64,000 bases of DNA from Parcubacteria group bacterium. GTDB lineage: Bacteria > Patescibacteriota > Minisyncoccia > Moranbacterales > UBA11712. How positions within the stretch are numbered: the stretch's first letter is position 1; every line of letters starts with the position of its first letter. Positions 19,307 to 28,566 of this stretch are shown here, piece after piece. The translations under genes and the position numbers were made by a program. The stretch covers positions 178,771-242,770 of the forward strand of contig JBAZXV010000001.1 of the NCBI GenBank assembly GCA_041659685.1, given 5' to 3'. The notes beneath the pieces are model-generated. The model saw nothing but the letters and a program-made list of their open reading frames with translations. It was not told the origin of the DNA and did no database searches.

Positions 19307-20374
19307 ATGAAAAGCCAGGTCGAAGAAGTGAAAAAAGAATACAAGAGCCTGAAAAGCGAGCTTGAAAAGCCCGAGATTGTTTCCAATTCCCAAAAAATGA
19401 AGACCGTGGGCAAGAGATTGGCCGAGCTTGAAGAAATTATGACTAAGATAAGAGAATTTGAAGATATTGAAAAACAAATGCGCGAGAACGCCGAAATTGT
19501 GAATACGGAAAAAGATCCTGAATTCAGGAATATGGCCATGGAAGAAAATATCAATCTTTCAAAGAACAAGGAAACGGTTGAAAAAGAGCTTCAGTCCCTC
19601 CTTATCCCCAAAGACCCGAATGATTCCAAAAATATTATCGTGGAGATCAGAGCCGGAGCCGGCGGTGACGAATCCGCTCTTTTCGCAGCCGAGCTTTTCA
19701 GAATGTACAGCCGTTACGCCGAAAAAGAGAAATGGAGGATATCTCTCCTCAATTCCAGCCAAAACGCAATTGGAGGCTTTAAGGAAGTAGTTTTTGGCGT
19801 CGAAGGATCAAGCGTATACGGAAAAATGAAATATGAATCCGGCGTCCATCGGGTGCAAAGAGTCCCGGAAACAGAAAAGATGGGAAGAGTCCATACTTCA
19901 ACAGCCACGGTTGCCGTTCTTCCTGAAGCAGAAGAGGTTGACCTCGAAATCAATCCCAATGACCTTCGAATCGACACTTACTGCTCTTCCGGTCCCGGAG
20001 GGCAAAGCGTAAACACGACTTACAGCGCCGTGAGGATTACCCACATCCCCACCGGGACGGTTGTCACCTGCCAGGACGAAAAATCGCAGATAAAGAACAA
20101 GGAAAAGGCGCTGAAAGTCCTTCGCTCCCGAATTTTGGCCGAGCAAGAAGCCAAAAAAGCGAAAGAAATGGGAGATCAAAGACGCAGTCAGATTGGGACG
20201 GGTGACCGCAGCGAGAAAATCAGGACTTATAATTTCCCTCAGGATCGAATCACGGATCATCGGATTAAAGAAAGCTGGAGCAATATCCAGGGAATATTGG
20301 ACGGAGATTTGGGGAAAATTATCAACAAATTGGAGGAAGAAGATATGAAGAGGAAAATGATCAACAGTCAATGA
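19307..20374 (+). CDS. prfA: Peptide chain release factor 1
   Basis: [17 protein letters not shown] (the RF1 tripeptide position reads PET) and [12 protein letters not shown] (GGQ). Start is placed at [10 protein letters not shown]. Confidence 0.9.
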   Translation: MKSQVEEVKKEYKSLKSELEKPEIVSNSQKMKTVGKRLAELEEIMTKIREFEDIEKQMRENAEIVNTEKDPEFRNMAMEENINLSKNKETVEKELQSLLIPKDPNDSKNIIVEIRAGAGGDESALFAAELFRMYSRYAEKEKWRISLLNSSQNAIGGFKEVVFGVEGSSVYGKMKYESGVHRVQRVPETEKMGRVHTSTATVAVLPEAEEVDLEINPNDLRIDTYCSSGPGGQSVNTTYSAVRITHIPTGTVVTCQDEKSQIKNKEKALKVLRSRILAEQEAKKAKEMGDQRRSQIGTGDRSEKIRTYNFPQDRITDHRIKESWSNIQGILDGDLGKIINKLEEEDMKRKMINSQ

Positions 20375-21264
20375 AAGCCATCGACATAACCATCAAAGAT
20401 CTCCTGCAAAATACTGCTTTAGCAAAAAATTTAGCTCCTTTAGATCGGGAGCTTCTTTTATCCTTGGTTCTGGGAAAGGATCGGGAGTATGTTTTGGCTC
20501 ATCCGGAAAAAAAGCTGACTGCCGCCCAAACGGCAAAGTTTATTCAATTCGCAAAAAGACGGCTCAAGGGCGAGCCTGTGGCTTATATTTGCGGCAAAAA
20601 GGAGTTCTACGGATTGGAGTTCGATGTTAACAAAAATACATTAATCCCCCGTCCCGAAACCGAACTGCTAGTTGAAGCTTCGCTTCAAAGAATTATGAAT
20701 TATGAATTAGGAATTAGGAATATTATTGATGTTGGCACGGGTTCGGGCAATATTATAATTTCCATAGTTAAAAATATTCCAGCTAACATTAGAAAGAAAT
20801 TAAATTTCTACGCGTCTGACATTTCGGGAAAAGCCTTAAGAGTTGCTCAAAAAAACGCGCTAAAGCATAAAGTCAATCGATCTGTTAAATTCATAAAATC
20901 GGACCTCTTGAAATTCGCCCTAAAGAAAAAAATGAAGGGGAATGTCATAATTCTTGCCAACCTGCCTTATGTTTCTTCCAAGTTGTATAAGAAAAATAAA
21001 AAGAATCTTCAATTCGAGCCAAAAGAGGCTTTAATAAGCGCAAATAATGGCCTCGCCCATTACACTAGACTCCTCGAGCAGATAAAAATATTATCCGATT
21101 TGCGTCATGCGTTATGCGTTACGTGCTGCTTTGAGATAAGTCCCGAACAAAGGATTCCGGCAAAAAGGTTTTTATTGAAATATTTCCGAGGGGCAGAGGT
21201 TGTTTTTCATAAAGATTTGGCCGGAAAATTCAGAATTCTCGAAATCAATATTGAAACGAGATAA
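20371..21264 (+). CDS. prmC: Release-factor glutamine N5-methyltransferase (HemK/PrmC)
   Basis: [14 protein letters not shown]-binding motif and an NLPYV variant of NPPY. Its ATG overlaps the prfA TGA as ATGA. Confidence 0.8.
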   Translation: MKAIDITIKDLLQNTALAKNLAPLDRELLLSLVLGKDREYVLAHPEKKLTAAQTAKFIQFAKRRLKGEPVAYICGKKEFYGLEFDVNKNTLIPRPETELLVEASLQRIMNYELGIRNIIDVGTGSGNIIISIVKNIPANIRKKLNFYASDISGKALRVAQKNALKHKVNRSVKFIKSDLLKFALKKKMKGNVIILANLPYVSSKLYKKNKKNLQFEPKEALISANNGLAHYTRLLEQIKILSDLRHALCVTCCFEISPEQRIPAKRFLLKYFRGAEVVFHKDLAGKFRILEINIETR

Positions 21265-21391
21265 GTTCCCTTCTTTCCACTTAAATTGACATTTTTTTCC
21301 TATTCCTGCTATATTTTATAGTACAAAAGGCATAATTCCGGAGGGCTCGAACATTAATAATTCAAACTAATCTAGAAAGGAAGGTGTACAC

Positions 21392-22057
21392 GTGGAAAAT
21401 AATTCTGAAAATTCGGAGAAAAAAGACGAGTCTTCTTCGAATGAAGGGAGGGAAAAAATGAAAGTCTGGCTCCAGGAGAATCTCCGCATGCTAGTCAGCA
21501 TTGTTATTGTGGTTGTTATAGCAGGCGGAATATACGCATATTCCAAGCGCACTCAGGCCCCGATGAACAATAACGAACCCGCTGTCAGCGAGGAATCCGG
21601 CGAAGGTAAAATAAGCGTTATTGGCGGCGACACAGCCAACGAAGAAAACAATGAAGCGGCTAATAACGAAGAACAAACCGCTCCTCAAGCCGAAGAAATG
21701 CAAAAACCGGCTGAAACAACGCAACAAAATGAAGCTGTAACAGCACCGGCAAGCCAGGAAACCGGATCTTCGTTTGTGGAAACGGCGGCTCCGGGCGACG
21801 GAACGACAAAATTAGCCCGAAGAGCGCTGGCAAATTATCTTGAGAAAAATCCCGATACCAGTTTAACAGCCGAGCACAAGATATACATCGAAGATTACCT
21901 AAGACGCCAGGTGCCAAACGGAAAACTAGCAATCGGAGCAACCAGAGAATTCAGCAAAGGCATGATTGCCAACGCGATTGAAAAATCAAAGAACTTGAAC
22001 GAGAAGCAGCTCCAAAACCTGCAAAAATACGCAAATGCTGTGCCTGGATTGAATTGA
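21392..22057 (+). CDS. Hypothetical membrane-anchored protein with a low-complexity acidic/Asn-rich region
   Basis: GTG start after an AAGGAAGG Shine-Dalgarno sequence, and a TM helix (MLVSIVIVVVIAGGIYAY). Confidence 0.45.
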   Translation: MENNSENSEKKDESSSNEGREKMKVWLQENLRMLVSIVIVVVIAGGIYAYSKRTQAPMNNNEPAVSEESGEGKISVIGGDTANEENNEAANNEEQTAPQAEEMQKPAETTQQNEAVTAPASQETGSSFVETAAPGDGTTKLARRALANYLEKNPDTSLTAEHKIYIEDYLRRQVPNGKLAIGATREFSKGMIANAIEKSKNLNEKQLQNLQKYANAVPGLN

Positions 22058-22132
22058 TTAAATCCAAAACATCTTAAATAAAAATTGTTCCTTCTTATAA
22101 AACCGATCTTGATTAGTCTTTAAAGATCAGCT

Positions 22133-22157
22133 AAAAAACCGGCAAGGCCCGGTTTTT
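22133..22157 (+). terminator. Rho-independent terminator
   Basis: aaaaccgg-caaggc-ccggtttttt. Confidence 0.55.
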
Positions 22158-22227
22158 TAGTTTTTATTCCTCTTATGGTACCGGGGCAATCCTGTACAAA
22201 AGCGTCTATTTGATTTAATATGCTTCT

Positions 22228-23691
22228 ATGAAAAAGATTCACCGCCGCCTCATTTTTTGGCTTTTTTTCGTGTTATTTGCCGTTTCCACGCCGATAGCTG
22301 TGCTTTACTCTCAGGGATATCGTTTTGATCAGTATCGCCAAATTTTCATCCACAGCGGGTCAATCACCGTCAAATCAATACCCGCCTCAGCCAATGTATA
22401 TTTGAACGGAAAATTGCAAACCGGGAGCAGTCTCGATATTATCAATAATTCCTTCACCCTAAACGGCCTGCGTCCGGGAAGTTATTCACTGCAGGTAAGC
22501 GCCGATGGTTACCAGGAATGGGTAAAGCAAGTCGAAGTCCATAGCGGCATATCCAGCGAGTTTTGGAATGTTTTTTTAGCTCCCCAAAAGCTGTCTCCCA
22601 ATGAATTGTCAGCGACAAAGGTGGAACGTTTTTTCCCCTCTCCTTTTGGAAAATATGTCGCTTTTGTGAATAATGATCAGAACAAGTTTCACCTCTGGTC
22701 TTATGATGTCGAAAACAACGAATCGACAGCGATATACGAGGGTGACGAACTTGAATTTTCAAAAAATAAGTCTGAAAACCTGGAATGGAATTTTAAAGAA
22801 AGATTGTTATTGAGCCCGGTTTCAAGGAATGACCGGAAGGATTATCTTATTTCCGACCTGGAAAAGGAATATGACAGTTTTTTTCTCTCAAATTCAACCG
22901 AGCTCCGAAATTTTAGCAGTGCGCGCTGGAGTTCGGAAAATCAATGGACGCTATATTTTCTGGCAAGGAAATCAGATGAAGATCGGCAGAATTTATACAG
23001 TTACGATGTTTCAACCAAAGAACTGAGAGAGATAACGGAAGATGTGTTGGCGTTTGATTTTTCGGGAAGCAGTATATATGCCATACGGAGCAACAATGTT
23101 ATATATAAATTCAATATTGACGGAAAAGAAATAAATCAGGTCACAGTCAGTCCGATCTCCGACGAGGAGCTGGGAAACTCTTCAAGACTTATAATTTATG
23201 ACGAAGACAGGCAGGCGGTGATATCCGAGACAGGAGGGCTGTTTGTGCGCAATAATGAAACTGAGGATACCATCCGTAAAATAGCCGATAATGTGAACGA
23301 AATCCAATTTTCGGATGATGGGAAAAAAATGCTCTTTTGGAACAAAAATGAGGTCAGCGTTCTTTTCTTGAGGGATTGGGATGTTCAGCCGCAGCGAAAA
23401 GAAAATGAAATCCAGGAAATAATGAGATCCTCGTCTTCCCTTGACAATGTATTTTGGTTTCAGGATTATGAACATATTCTGTTCACATATCAGAATAAAA
23501 TTAAGATAATCGAACTTGACCCCAGAGATCATCGGGTTTCAATGAATCTCTTTGAGAATAATCTTGATTCTTTTCCCGCCGCCTATGATTCAAGGAATAA
23601 TAATTATTATTATATCGGCGATGGAAATGTGCCAGGAACTCTTTATCAAATACAGCTCCTTCCAAGACCCGGCCTATTTGGGCAACAATAA
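22228..23691 (+). CDS. PEGA-domain containing protein with a C-terminal beta-rich region
   Basis: N-terminal TM helix followed by a PEGA-like segment (ITVKSIPASANVYLNGKLQTGSS...GSYSLQVSADGYQEW). Confidence 0.55.
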   Translation: MKKIHRRLIFWLFFVLFAVSTPIAVLYSQGYRFDQYRQIFIHSGSITVKSIPASANVYLNGKLQTGSSLDIINNSFTLNGLRPGSYSLQVSADGYQEWVKQVEVHSGISSEFWNVFLAPQKLSPNELSATKVERFFPSPFGKYVAFVNNDQNKFHLWSYDVENNESTAIYEGDELEFSKNKSENLEWNFKERLLLSPVSRNDRKDYLISDLEKEYDSFFLSNSTELRNFSSARWSSENQWTLYFLARKSDEDRQNLYSYDVSTKELREITEDVLAFDFSGSSIYAIRSNNVIYKFNIDGKEINQVTVSPISDEELGNSSRLIIYDEDRQAVISETGGLFVRNNETEDTIRKIADNVNEIQFSDDGKKMLFWNKNEVSVLFLRDWDVQPQRKENEIQEIMRSSSSLDNVFWFQDYEHILFTYQNKIKIIELDPRDHRVSMNLFENNLDSFPAAYDSRNNNYYYIGDGNVPGTLYQIQLLPRPGLFGQQ

Positions 23692-23745
23692 ATCAAAATG
23701 ACTCTGGGCGAATCGTGCAATAAGCGCTTTTGATTCATTCAGAAA

Positions 23746-23776
23746 CAAAAAAGGCCCGTCTTTCACGGGCGTTTTT
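23746..23776 (+). terminator. Rho-independent terminator after the PEGA gene
   Basis: aaaaaaggcccgt-ctttc-acgggcgttttt. Confidence 0.6.
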
Positions 23777-23808
23777 ATATATAGTCAAATGGCAAGAGCA
23801 AGAGCTAT

Positions 23809-23961
23809 TATTTCTTCCATTGAGGGATCGCTCCGCCAAACGGCGACGCTCCTTGAAACCTTGCGGTTTCAATTCTTCCACCACGGGAAAACTCACGTTT
23901 CCCCGACCCCTTTCCGCCCTTAATGTCAGGAAGCTATCGCTTTTTCCATTGAGGGGCGCGT
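23809..23961. repeat. Second copy of the conserved double-hairpin element, flanked by a 15-nt direct repeat (ccctcaatggaaRaa)
   Basis: The core at 23847-23915 (cgctccttgaaacc-ttgc-ggtttcaa...acgggaaaactcacgtttccccgacccctttcc) matches 11427-11496. Direct repeats ttccattgaggg lie at 23815-23826 and 23946-23957. It sits just 3' of rpsI. Confidence 0.5.
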
Positions 23962-24371
23962 CTGGCTTTTTTAAGGCCTGACTTCTTTCTCTCAACCACT
24001 CTTGCGTCTCTTGTTAAATATCCAAGATCTCTCAGGGGTTTTCGCAGCGATTCATTAAAAATGACTAACGCTCTTGCTACTCCAAGCCTGATTGCCTCCG
24101 CCTGCCCCCTTATTCCGCCTCCTCGAACAATAACGGAAGCATCGAACGAAGCTGTTTCCTGGACACTTATCAAAGGAGCAATGGCCGTATCGCGCAGTTC
24201 TACGGGACCAAAAAAATCATTCAGTTTGCGGCCGTTAACGATAAATCCTTCGTGAGAAGATTTCTTTTCATCCAAAGCAAAAAGCCTCACCTGGGCCACA
24301 GCAGATTTCCGTCGTCCGATACCCTTATAATACTTCGTCGGTTTCTTCTTTTCTTCTTTTTTTTCCGGCAT
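23934..24371 (-). CDS. rpsI: 30S ribosomal protein S9
   Basis: C-terminus ARRAPQWKKR. Confidence 0.9.
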   Translation of the reverse strand: MPEKKEEKKKPTKYYKGIGRRKSAVAQVRLFALDEKKSSHEGFIVNGRKLNDFFGPVELRDTAIAPLISVQETASFDASVIVRGGGIRGQAEAIRLGVARALVIFNESLRKPLRDLGYLTRDARVVERKKSGLKKARRAPQWKKR

Positions 24372-24393
24372 ATGGAATATTTTCGAGTAATGG

Positions 24394-24810
24394 CTAATTA
24401 GTTATCTTTTCTAACTTCTCTTTTATTCCGTGTTCCTTGTCCTTAAAAACCAAGAGTCTTTTCATCATCCGGTTTCTTAATTTATTTTTGGGAAGCATCC
24501 CGTACACTGATTCGACAACCACCTGGCGCGAATCTCTTTCCATTTTATCTTTTAACTTGCGCGATGTAATTCCTCCCGGGTAACCCGAAAAAGTGTGGTA
24601 CATTTTTTTATCCTTCTTTCCGCCGGTAGTCCTGATTTTATCAGTGTTCACCACTACCGTGAAATCGCCCCCGTCCTTGTTGGGAAGATAATCCTTTTTA
24701 TGCTTTCCCTGCAGGATAAAAGCGGCTCGCGCTGACATTCTTCCAAGAATAAAATCATCGCAGTCAAAAAGAAAATATTTCCTTGAATCCTTCGGCTGTT
24801 TGCTGTTCAT
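24394..24810 (-). CDS. rplM: 50S ribosomal protein L13
   Basis: L13-like sequence ILGRMSARAAFILQGKHKKDYLPNKDGGDFTVVVNTDKI. Confidence 0.9.
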   Translation of the reverse strand: MNSKQPKDSRKYFLFDCDDFILGRMSARAAFILQGKHKKDYLPNKDGGDFTVVVNTDKIRTTGGKKDKKMYHTFSGYPGGITSRKLKDKMERDSRQVVVESVYGMLPKNKLRNRMMKRLLVFKDKEHGIKEKLEKITN

Positions 24811-24837
24811 AATATGTTCCCTCTTTATATATGCAAA

Positions 24838-25215
24838 TTATTCACTTAGCATTTCCAGGATTGCCATTTTTGCGCTGTCTGAGCGCCTGGCTCCCTTTTT
24901 GATTACTCTTGAAAATCCACTTTCTCTCTTGGAAAATCTTCCGGCAATGCTCTTTATTTGCTCCATTCCTACATTTTTAGGAAGCTGAGCAGTCAGGTAT
25001 CTCACAACGGCCAATTTACTGCCTTTTTCGTCAGTCGCGACCACCTGCTTGAATCTTGAAATAATCCGATCACTGATTCTTTTCAGCTCTTTGGCCTTAG
25101 CTTCAGTCGTGGTAATTCTTCCTTTCGTTATAAAGCTGCCAAGCATGGTTTTGAGCATCGCTTCCCGCTGATCCTTTTTCCGGCTAAATTTTCTGATTTT
25201 CTTTAAATGCTTCAT
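24838..25215 (-). CDS. rplQ: 50S ribosomal protein L17
   Basis: L17-like QREAMLKTMLGSFITKGRITTTEAKAKELKR. Confidence 0.85.
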   Translation of the reverse strand: MKHLKKIRKFSRKKDQREAMLKTMLGSFITKGRITTTEAKAKELKRISDRIISRFKQVVATDEKGSKLAVVRYLTAQLPKNVGMEQIKSIAGRFSKRESGFSRVIKKGARRSDSAKMAILEMLSE

Positions 25216-25244
25216 TTTATTAGCAATTTCTCTAATGAATCAAA

Positions 25245-26231
25245 TTACGATTTCAGCGTCAGACCGAAATTTCCAACCGCTTTCTTTATTTCTTTTATGC
25301 CTTTATTTCCCATTCCTTCCATATTCATCAGTTCTTCCTCGCTGAATTTGATCAGGTCGGCAATCGTCTTTATGTTATTCTTTTCAATAATATTTGCAGT
25401 GCGTGTTGAAAAGGCAATCGTTTCCACGCTTCGATTCAGCGCTTCTTCATCCTGGTTCTTTTCAGTCCCTGCTTCAATTTTATCCGCGCCTTCTTTCTCG
25501 TCCGATTTTAACTCTTTTTCTTCATCGCTTTCCTCTATTTTTCCTTCGTCAAACGAACCGATGGCATCAAACTGCTCAATAACAATTTTCACGGATTTTT
25601 CAAAGGCTTCCTCCGGTGACATTGTGCCGTCCGTTTCGACTTCAAGGGTAATCTTGTCATAGTCAGTTCTCTTCCCGACACGGGTATTTTCAACGTTATA
25701 GTTAACTCTCTTTATCGGTGTATAAATAGCGTCGATAGCGATTAATCCTATCTCCTTTTTCTCCCTGTCCTGCTGTTCCACCGGAACATAACCCAGCCCC
25801 TTTTGAACTTCGATTTCCATTTCAAGCTCCCCTTTCTTATCCGTAATGGTGGCAATCGGCGCTTCTTTGTTTATCACTTCAACATCGGCCGGGCATTGTA
25901 TTTGCGCCGCCGTAATTTTCTTTTCGCCCTTTTCTTTTAAAGTCAGCCTTACGGGTTCATCCTTATGCACCTTGAAACGAACCTTTTTGAGATTCAAGAT
26001 TATTTGAATAACATCTTCCAGCACTCCCGGAAGAGTTGAAAATTCGTGAGATACGCCGGTGATTTTCACTGAGGTAATGGCCGCTCCGGGAAGCGAAGAA
26101 AGAAGCACTCTCCTGATTGCATTTCCAAGCGTTGTTCCATACCCTGGATAACATCCGTCTATTTCAATTTTTGCGGTATTTTTTCCCGTTTCGACGCATT
26201 TCGGTTTTTTGGGGACAGATACTTTTACCAT
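25245..26231 (-). CDS. rpoA: DNA-directed RNA polymerase alpha subunit
   Basis: GYGTTLGNAIRRVLLSS and a C-terminal CTD. Start is placed at MVKVSVPKK. Confidence 0.9.
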   Translation of the reverse strand: MVKVSVPKKPKCVETGKNTAKIEIDGCYPGYGTTLGNAIRRVLLSSLPGAAITSVKITGVSHEFSTLPGVLEDVIQIILNLKKVRFKVHKDEPVRLTLKEKGEKKITAAQIQCPADVEVINKEAPIATITDKKGELEMEIEVQKGLGYVPVEQQDREKKEIGLIAIDAIYTPIKRVNYNVENTRVGKRTDYDKITLEVETDGTMSPEEAFEKSVKIVIEQFDAIGSFDEGKIEESDEEKELKSDEKEGADKIEAGTEKNQDEEALNRSVETIAFSTRTANIIEKNNIKTIADLIKFSEEELMNMEGMGNKGIKEIKKAVGNFGLTLKS

Positions 26232-26305
26232 TTTTTTGCCGCCCTCTCTCAGTTTCAGAAAACTGAGCAAGGATTTAATTGTTTAATTGCTTATAAAAAC
26301 ATTAT

Positions 26306-26944
26306 TTATCTCGAGTAGTATTCAACGACCATTTGCGCATCCACATCCACACTCAAGTCATCCTTTGTCGGTCTTGATTTTACCAAAACAGTCATCTTTT
26401 CATCATTAACTTCCAGCCATCCGGGTTTTTTCATTCCTTCTCTGTTCTTTAAGGACTCAGCTAGCTTAACAAAGAAACCTTTGCTTTTCTTGCTTTGCTT
26501 CACCTCAACCAAGTCGTTAGGCTTTACTTCAAAGGACGGGACATTCACTCTTTTTCCGTTCACTGAAAAATGAGAATGGCTGACCATTTGTCTGGCTTGC
26601 CTCCGATTACTTGCCAAAGCCGCCCTGTAAATCACATTATCAAGCCTCATCTCAAGCTTTTGAAGCAGGAGATCTCCCGTTACGCCCTGTTTGTTCTGCA
26701 CTTCCTTAAAATATTTCTTGAATTGCCTTTCAAGAACATTGTAAATTCTCTTTATTTTTTGCTTCATGAGAAGTTGCTGCCCATATTCGCTCGACATTCT
26801 TTTCCCCTTCGCCCCATGGACACCTGGCGGATAAGCGCGCCGAACCATCGCACACTTCGGCGTCCCGCATCGATCACCTTTCAAAAAAAGCTTCTCTTTC
26901 GCTCTCCTGCAAAGCCTGCATTTTTTATTTAAATCTTGCGGCAT
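26306..26944 (-). CDS. rpsD: 30S ribosomal protein S4
   Basis: MPQDLNKKCRLCRR zinc-ribbon N-terminus and an S4 domain. Confidence 0.9.
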   Translation of the reverse strand: MPQDLNKKCRLCRRAKEKLFLKGDRCGTPKCAMVRRAYPPGVHGAKGKRMSSEYGQQLLMKQKIKRIYNVLERQFKKYFKEVQNKQGVTGDLLLQKLEMRLDNVIYRAALASNRRQARQMVSHSHFSVNGKRVNVPSFEVKPNDLVEVKQSKKSKGFFVKLAESLKNREGMKKPGWLEVNDEKMTVLVKSRPTKDDLSVDVDAQMVVEYYSR

Positions 26945-26979
26945 AATTTATATAGCTATCTAAGAATAATTACTTGCAA

Positions 26980-27534
26980 CTAAACTCTTCTGGGTTTTCT
27001 CGGCCGGCATCCGTTGTGAGGAATTGGAGTTATATCTTTAATCGACGTTATTTCAAAATCGTTATTCGCCAAAGCTCTGATTGACGCTTCTCTTCCTGAT
27101 CCCACCCCTTTTACATAAACTTCGACTTCACGAAGCCCGTATTTGGAAACTTTTTCGGCGGCTGTGTTGACTATCTGAGTGGCTGCGTATGGCGTCGCTT
27201 TTTTGGCTCCTTTGAAACCCAGCGATCCGGCGCTGCACCAAGCCAGAATCTTTCCTCCAAGATCGGAGAAAGCGACAATCGTGTTATTATAGGTGCATTG
27301 AACATGCACTTGGCCTTTGAGTACTTGGCGCCGCACCTTCTTTTTCTTTTTTTTCAGGGCTGCTTTTTCCTCATCCTTCTCATCACCCTCTTTTGGAGCA
27401 GTTGCCTCGGCCTCATTAATATTCCCGGGAATACTCTCGGTCTTTACACCCTTTTTTTTGGGAGCGGAAACATCTCCCGGTTTTTTCCCGGCGTCCTCTT
27501 TGCTTTCTTCGATTGTTTTAGTGTTATCGGTCAT
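26980..27534 (-). CDS. rpsK: 30S ribosomal protein S11 with an N-terminal charged extension of about 55 aa
   Basis: C-terminus GCRPRKPRRV and an S11 core. The N-terminus is K/E-rich. Confidence 0.85.
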   Translation of the reverse strand: MTDNTKTIEESKEDAGKKPGDVSAPKKKGVKTESIPGNINEAEATAPKEGDEKDEEKAALKKKKKKVRRQVLKGQVHVQCTYNNTIVAFSDLGGKILAWCSAGSLGFKGAKKATPYAATQIVNTAAEKVSKYGLREVEVYVKGVGSGREASIRALANNDFEITSIKDITPIPHNGCRPRKPRRV

Positions 27535-27593
27535 TTTATTCTATGGATTTTTCAAAAATACGATTATTTAACGCTATTTTATAAATTCAAGTC

Positions 27594-27983
27594 TTACGTT
27601 TTTTCAGCAGAGGGCTTCCTTCCGCTACCCGCAGTTTTTCTCACATTACCCCTGACTGTCCTGGTGTTCGTTTTGGTTCTCTGTCCTCTTACCGGCAGAC
27701 CCTTGGAATGCCTGATTCCGCGGTAGCATCCTATGTCTTTGAGTCTTTTTATATTCATCTGCTTCTGGTGCTTTAATTCCCCTTCAATCGTAAAATTCTT
27801 TTCAATATAATCTTTCAAATTATTGACAATGCTTTCGCTGAGATCCTTTGTCCTTATATTCTGATCCAATTTCAAAGCAGACAGTATTTGATTACTTCTT
27901 GATAAGCCTATTCCGTAAATATATGTGAGGGCGATTACTATTCTTTTGTCATCGGGTATGGTTACCCCTGCGATACGAGCCAT
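27594..27983 (-). CDS. rpsM: 30S ribosomal protein S13
   Basis: Begins MARIAGVTIPDDKRIVIALTYIYGIG. Confidence 0.9.
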   Translation of the reverse strand: MARIAGVTIPDDKRIVIALTYIYGIGLSRSNQILSALKLDQNIRTKDLSESIVNNLKDYIEKNFTIEGELKHQKQMNIKRLKDIGCYRGIRHSKGLPVRGQRTKTNTRTVRGNVRKTAGSGRKPSAEKT

Positions 27984-28004
27984 ATGTTGGTATGTTTAAT
28001 TCTT

Positions 28005-28118
28005 TTAACCCTGTCTTTGCTTGTGTTTGGGCACAGTGCAAATAACGTAAAGCTTCCCTTTCCTTTTTATAATTTTACACTTATTGCAAATTTTTTTTAC
28101 TGATGCTCTGACTTTCAT
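28005..28118 (-). CDS. rpmJ: 50S ribosomal protein L36 (37 aa, absent from the ORF track)
   Basis: Minus-strand translation gives [37 protein letters not shown]. Confidence 0.8.
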   Translation of the reverse strand: MKVRASVKKICNKCKIIKRKGKLYVICTVPKHKQRQG

Positions 28119-28153
28119 ACTATTATTAATTGATCTAAATTTAATAAAATTAC

Positions 28154-28372
28154 TTACATTCTTTGCACAATCCTGCCTTTCGTAAGATCATACGGACTCA
28201 TTTCAACCATAACCCGGTCACCAGGCAAAAGCCTGATATAATTCACTCTCATGCGTCCTGATATGTGAGCCAGTATTTCATGGCCATTTTCAAGTTCAAC
28301 TCTGAATGTCGTGTTTGGAAGAGTTTCTTTTACCAAACCCTGCAGCTTAATTATCTCTTTTTCTTTTGACAT
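28154..28372 (-). CDS. infA: Translation initiation factor IF-1
   Basis: [42 protein letters not shown], an S1-like fold. Confidence 0.85.
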   Translation of the reverse strand: MSKEKEIIKLQGLVKETLPNTTFRVELENGHEILAHISGRMRVNYIRLLPGDRVMVEMSPYDLTKGRIVQRM

Positions 28373-28566
28373 AATTATCGCCAAAGCGCATCCAAAATCA
28401 AAACAAAGGCTAATGCCCTGCCTTGTATAGCTTAACATTTAGGGCATTTCAATCCAATAGCTTGATTTGCTGTCTTTTGACTTTATTCAATCTTTTTAAA
28501 CTTTATATATATTAACAATTCTGTTTATTTTGTCAACCCCAAAAGAACACTGTCTCAATATCTTCC

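Noticed and set aside
23730-23995. ORFs 23730..23981 (+) and 23735..23995 (-) downstream of rpsI
   Set aside because: They cover the second copy of the conserved double-hairpin element and a terminator. No start context was found, and they are conserved at the nucleotide level with a non-coding locus at 11.4 kb rather than at the protein level.
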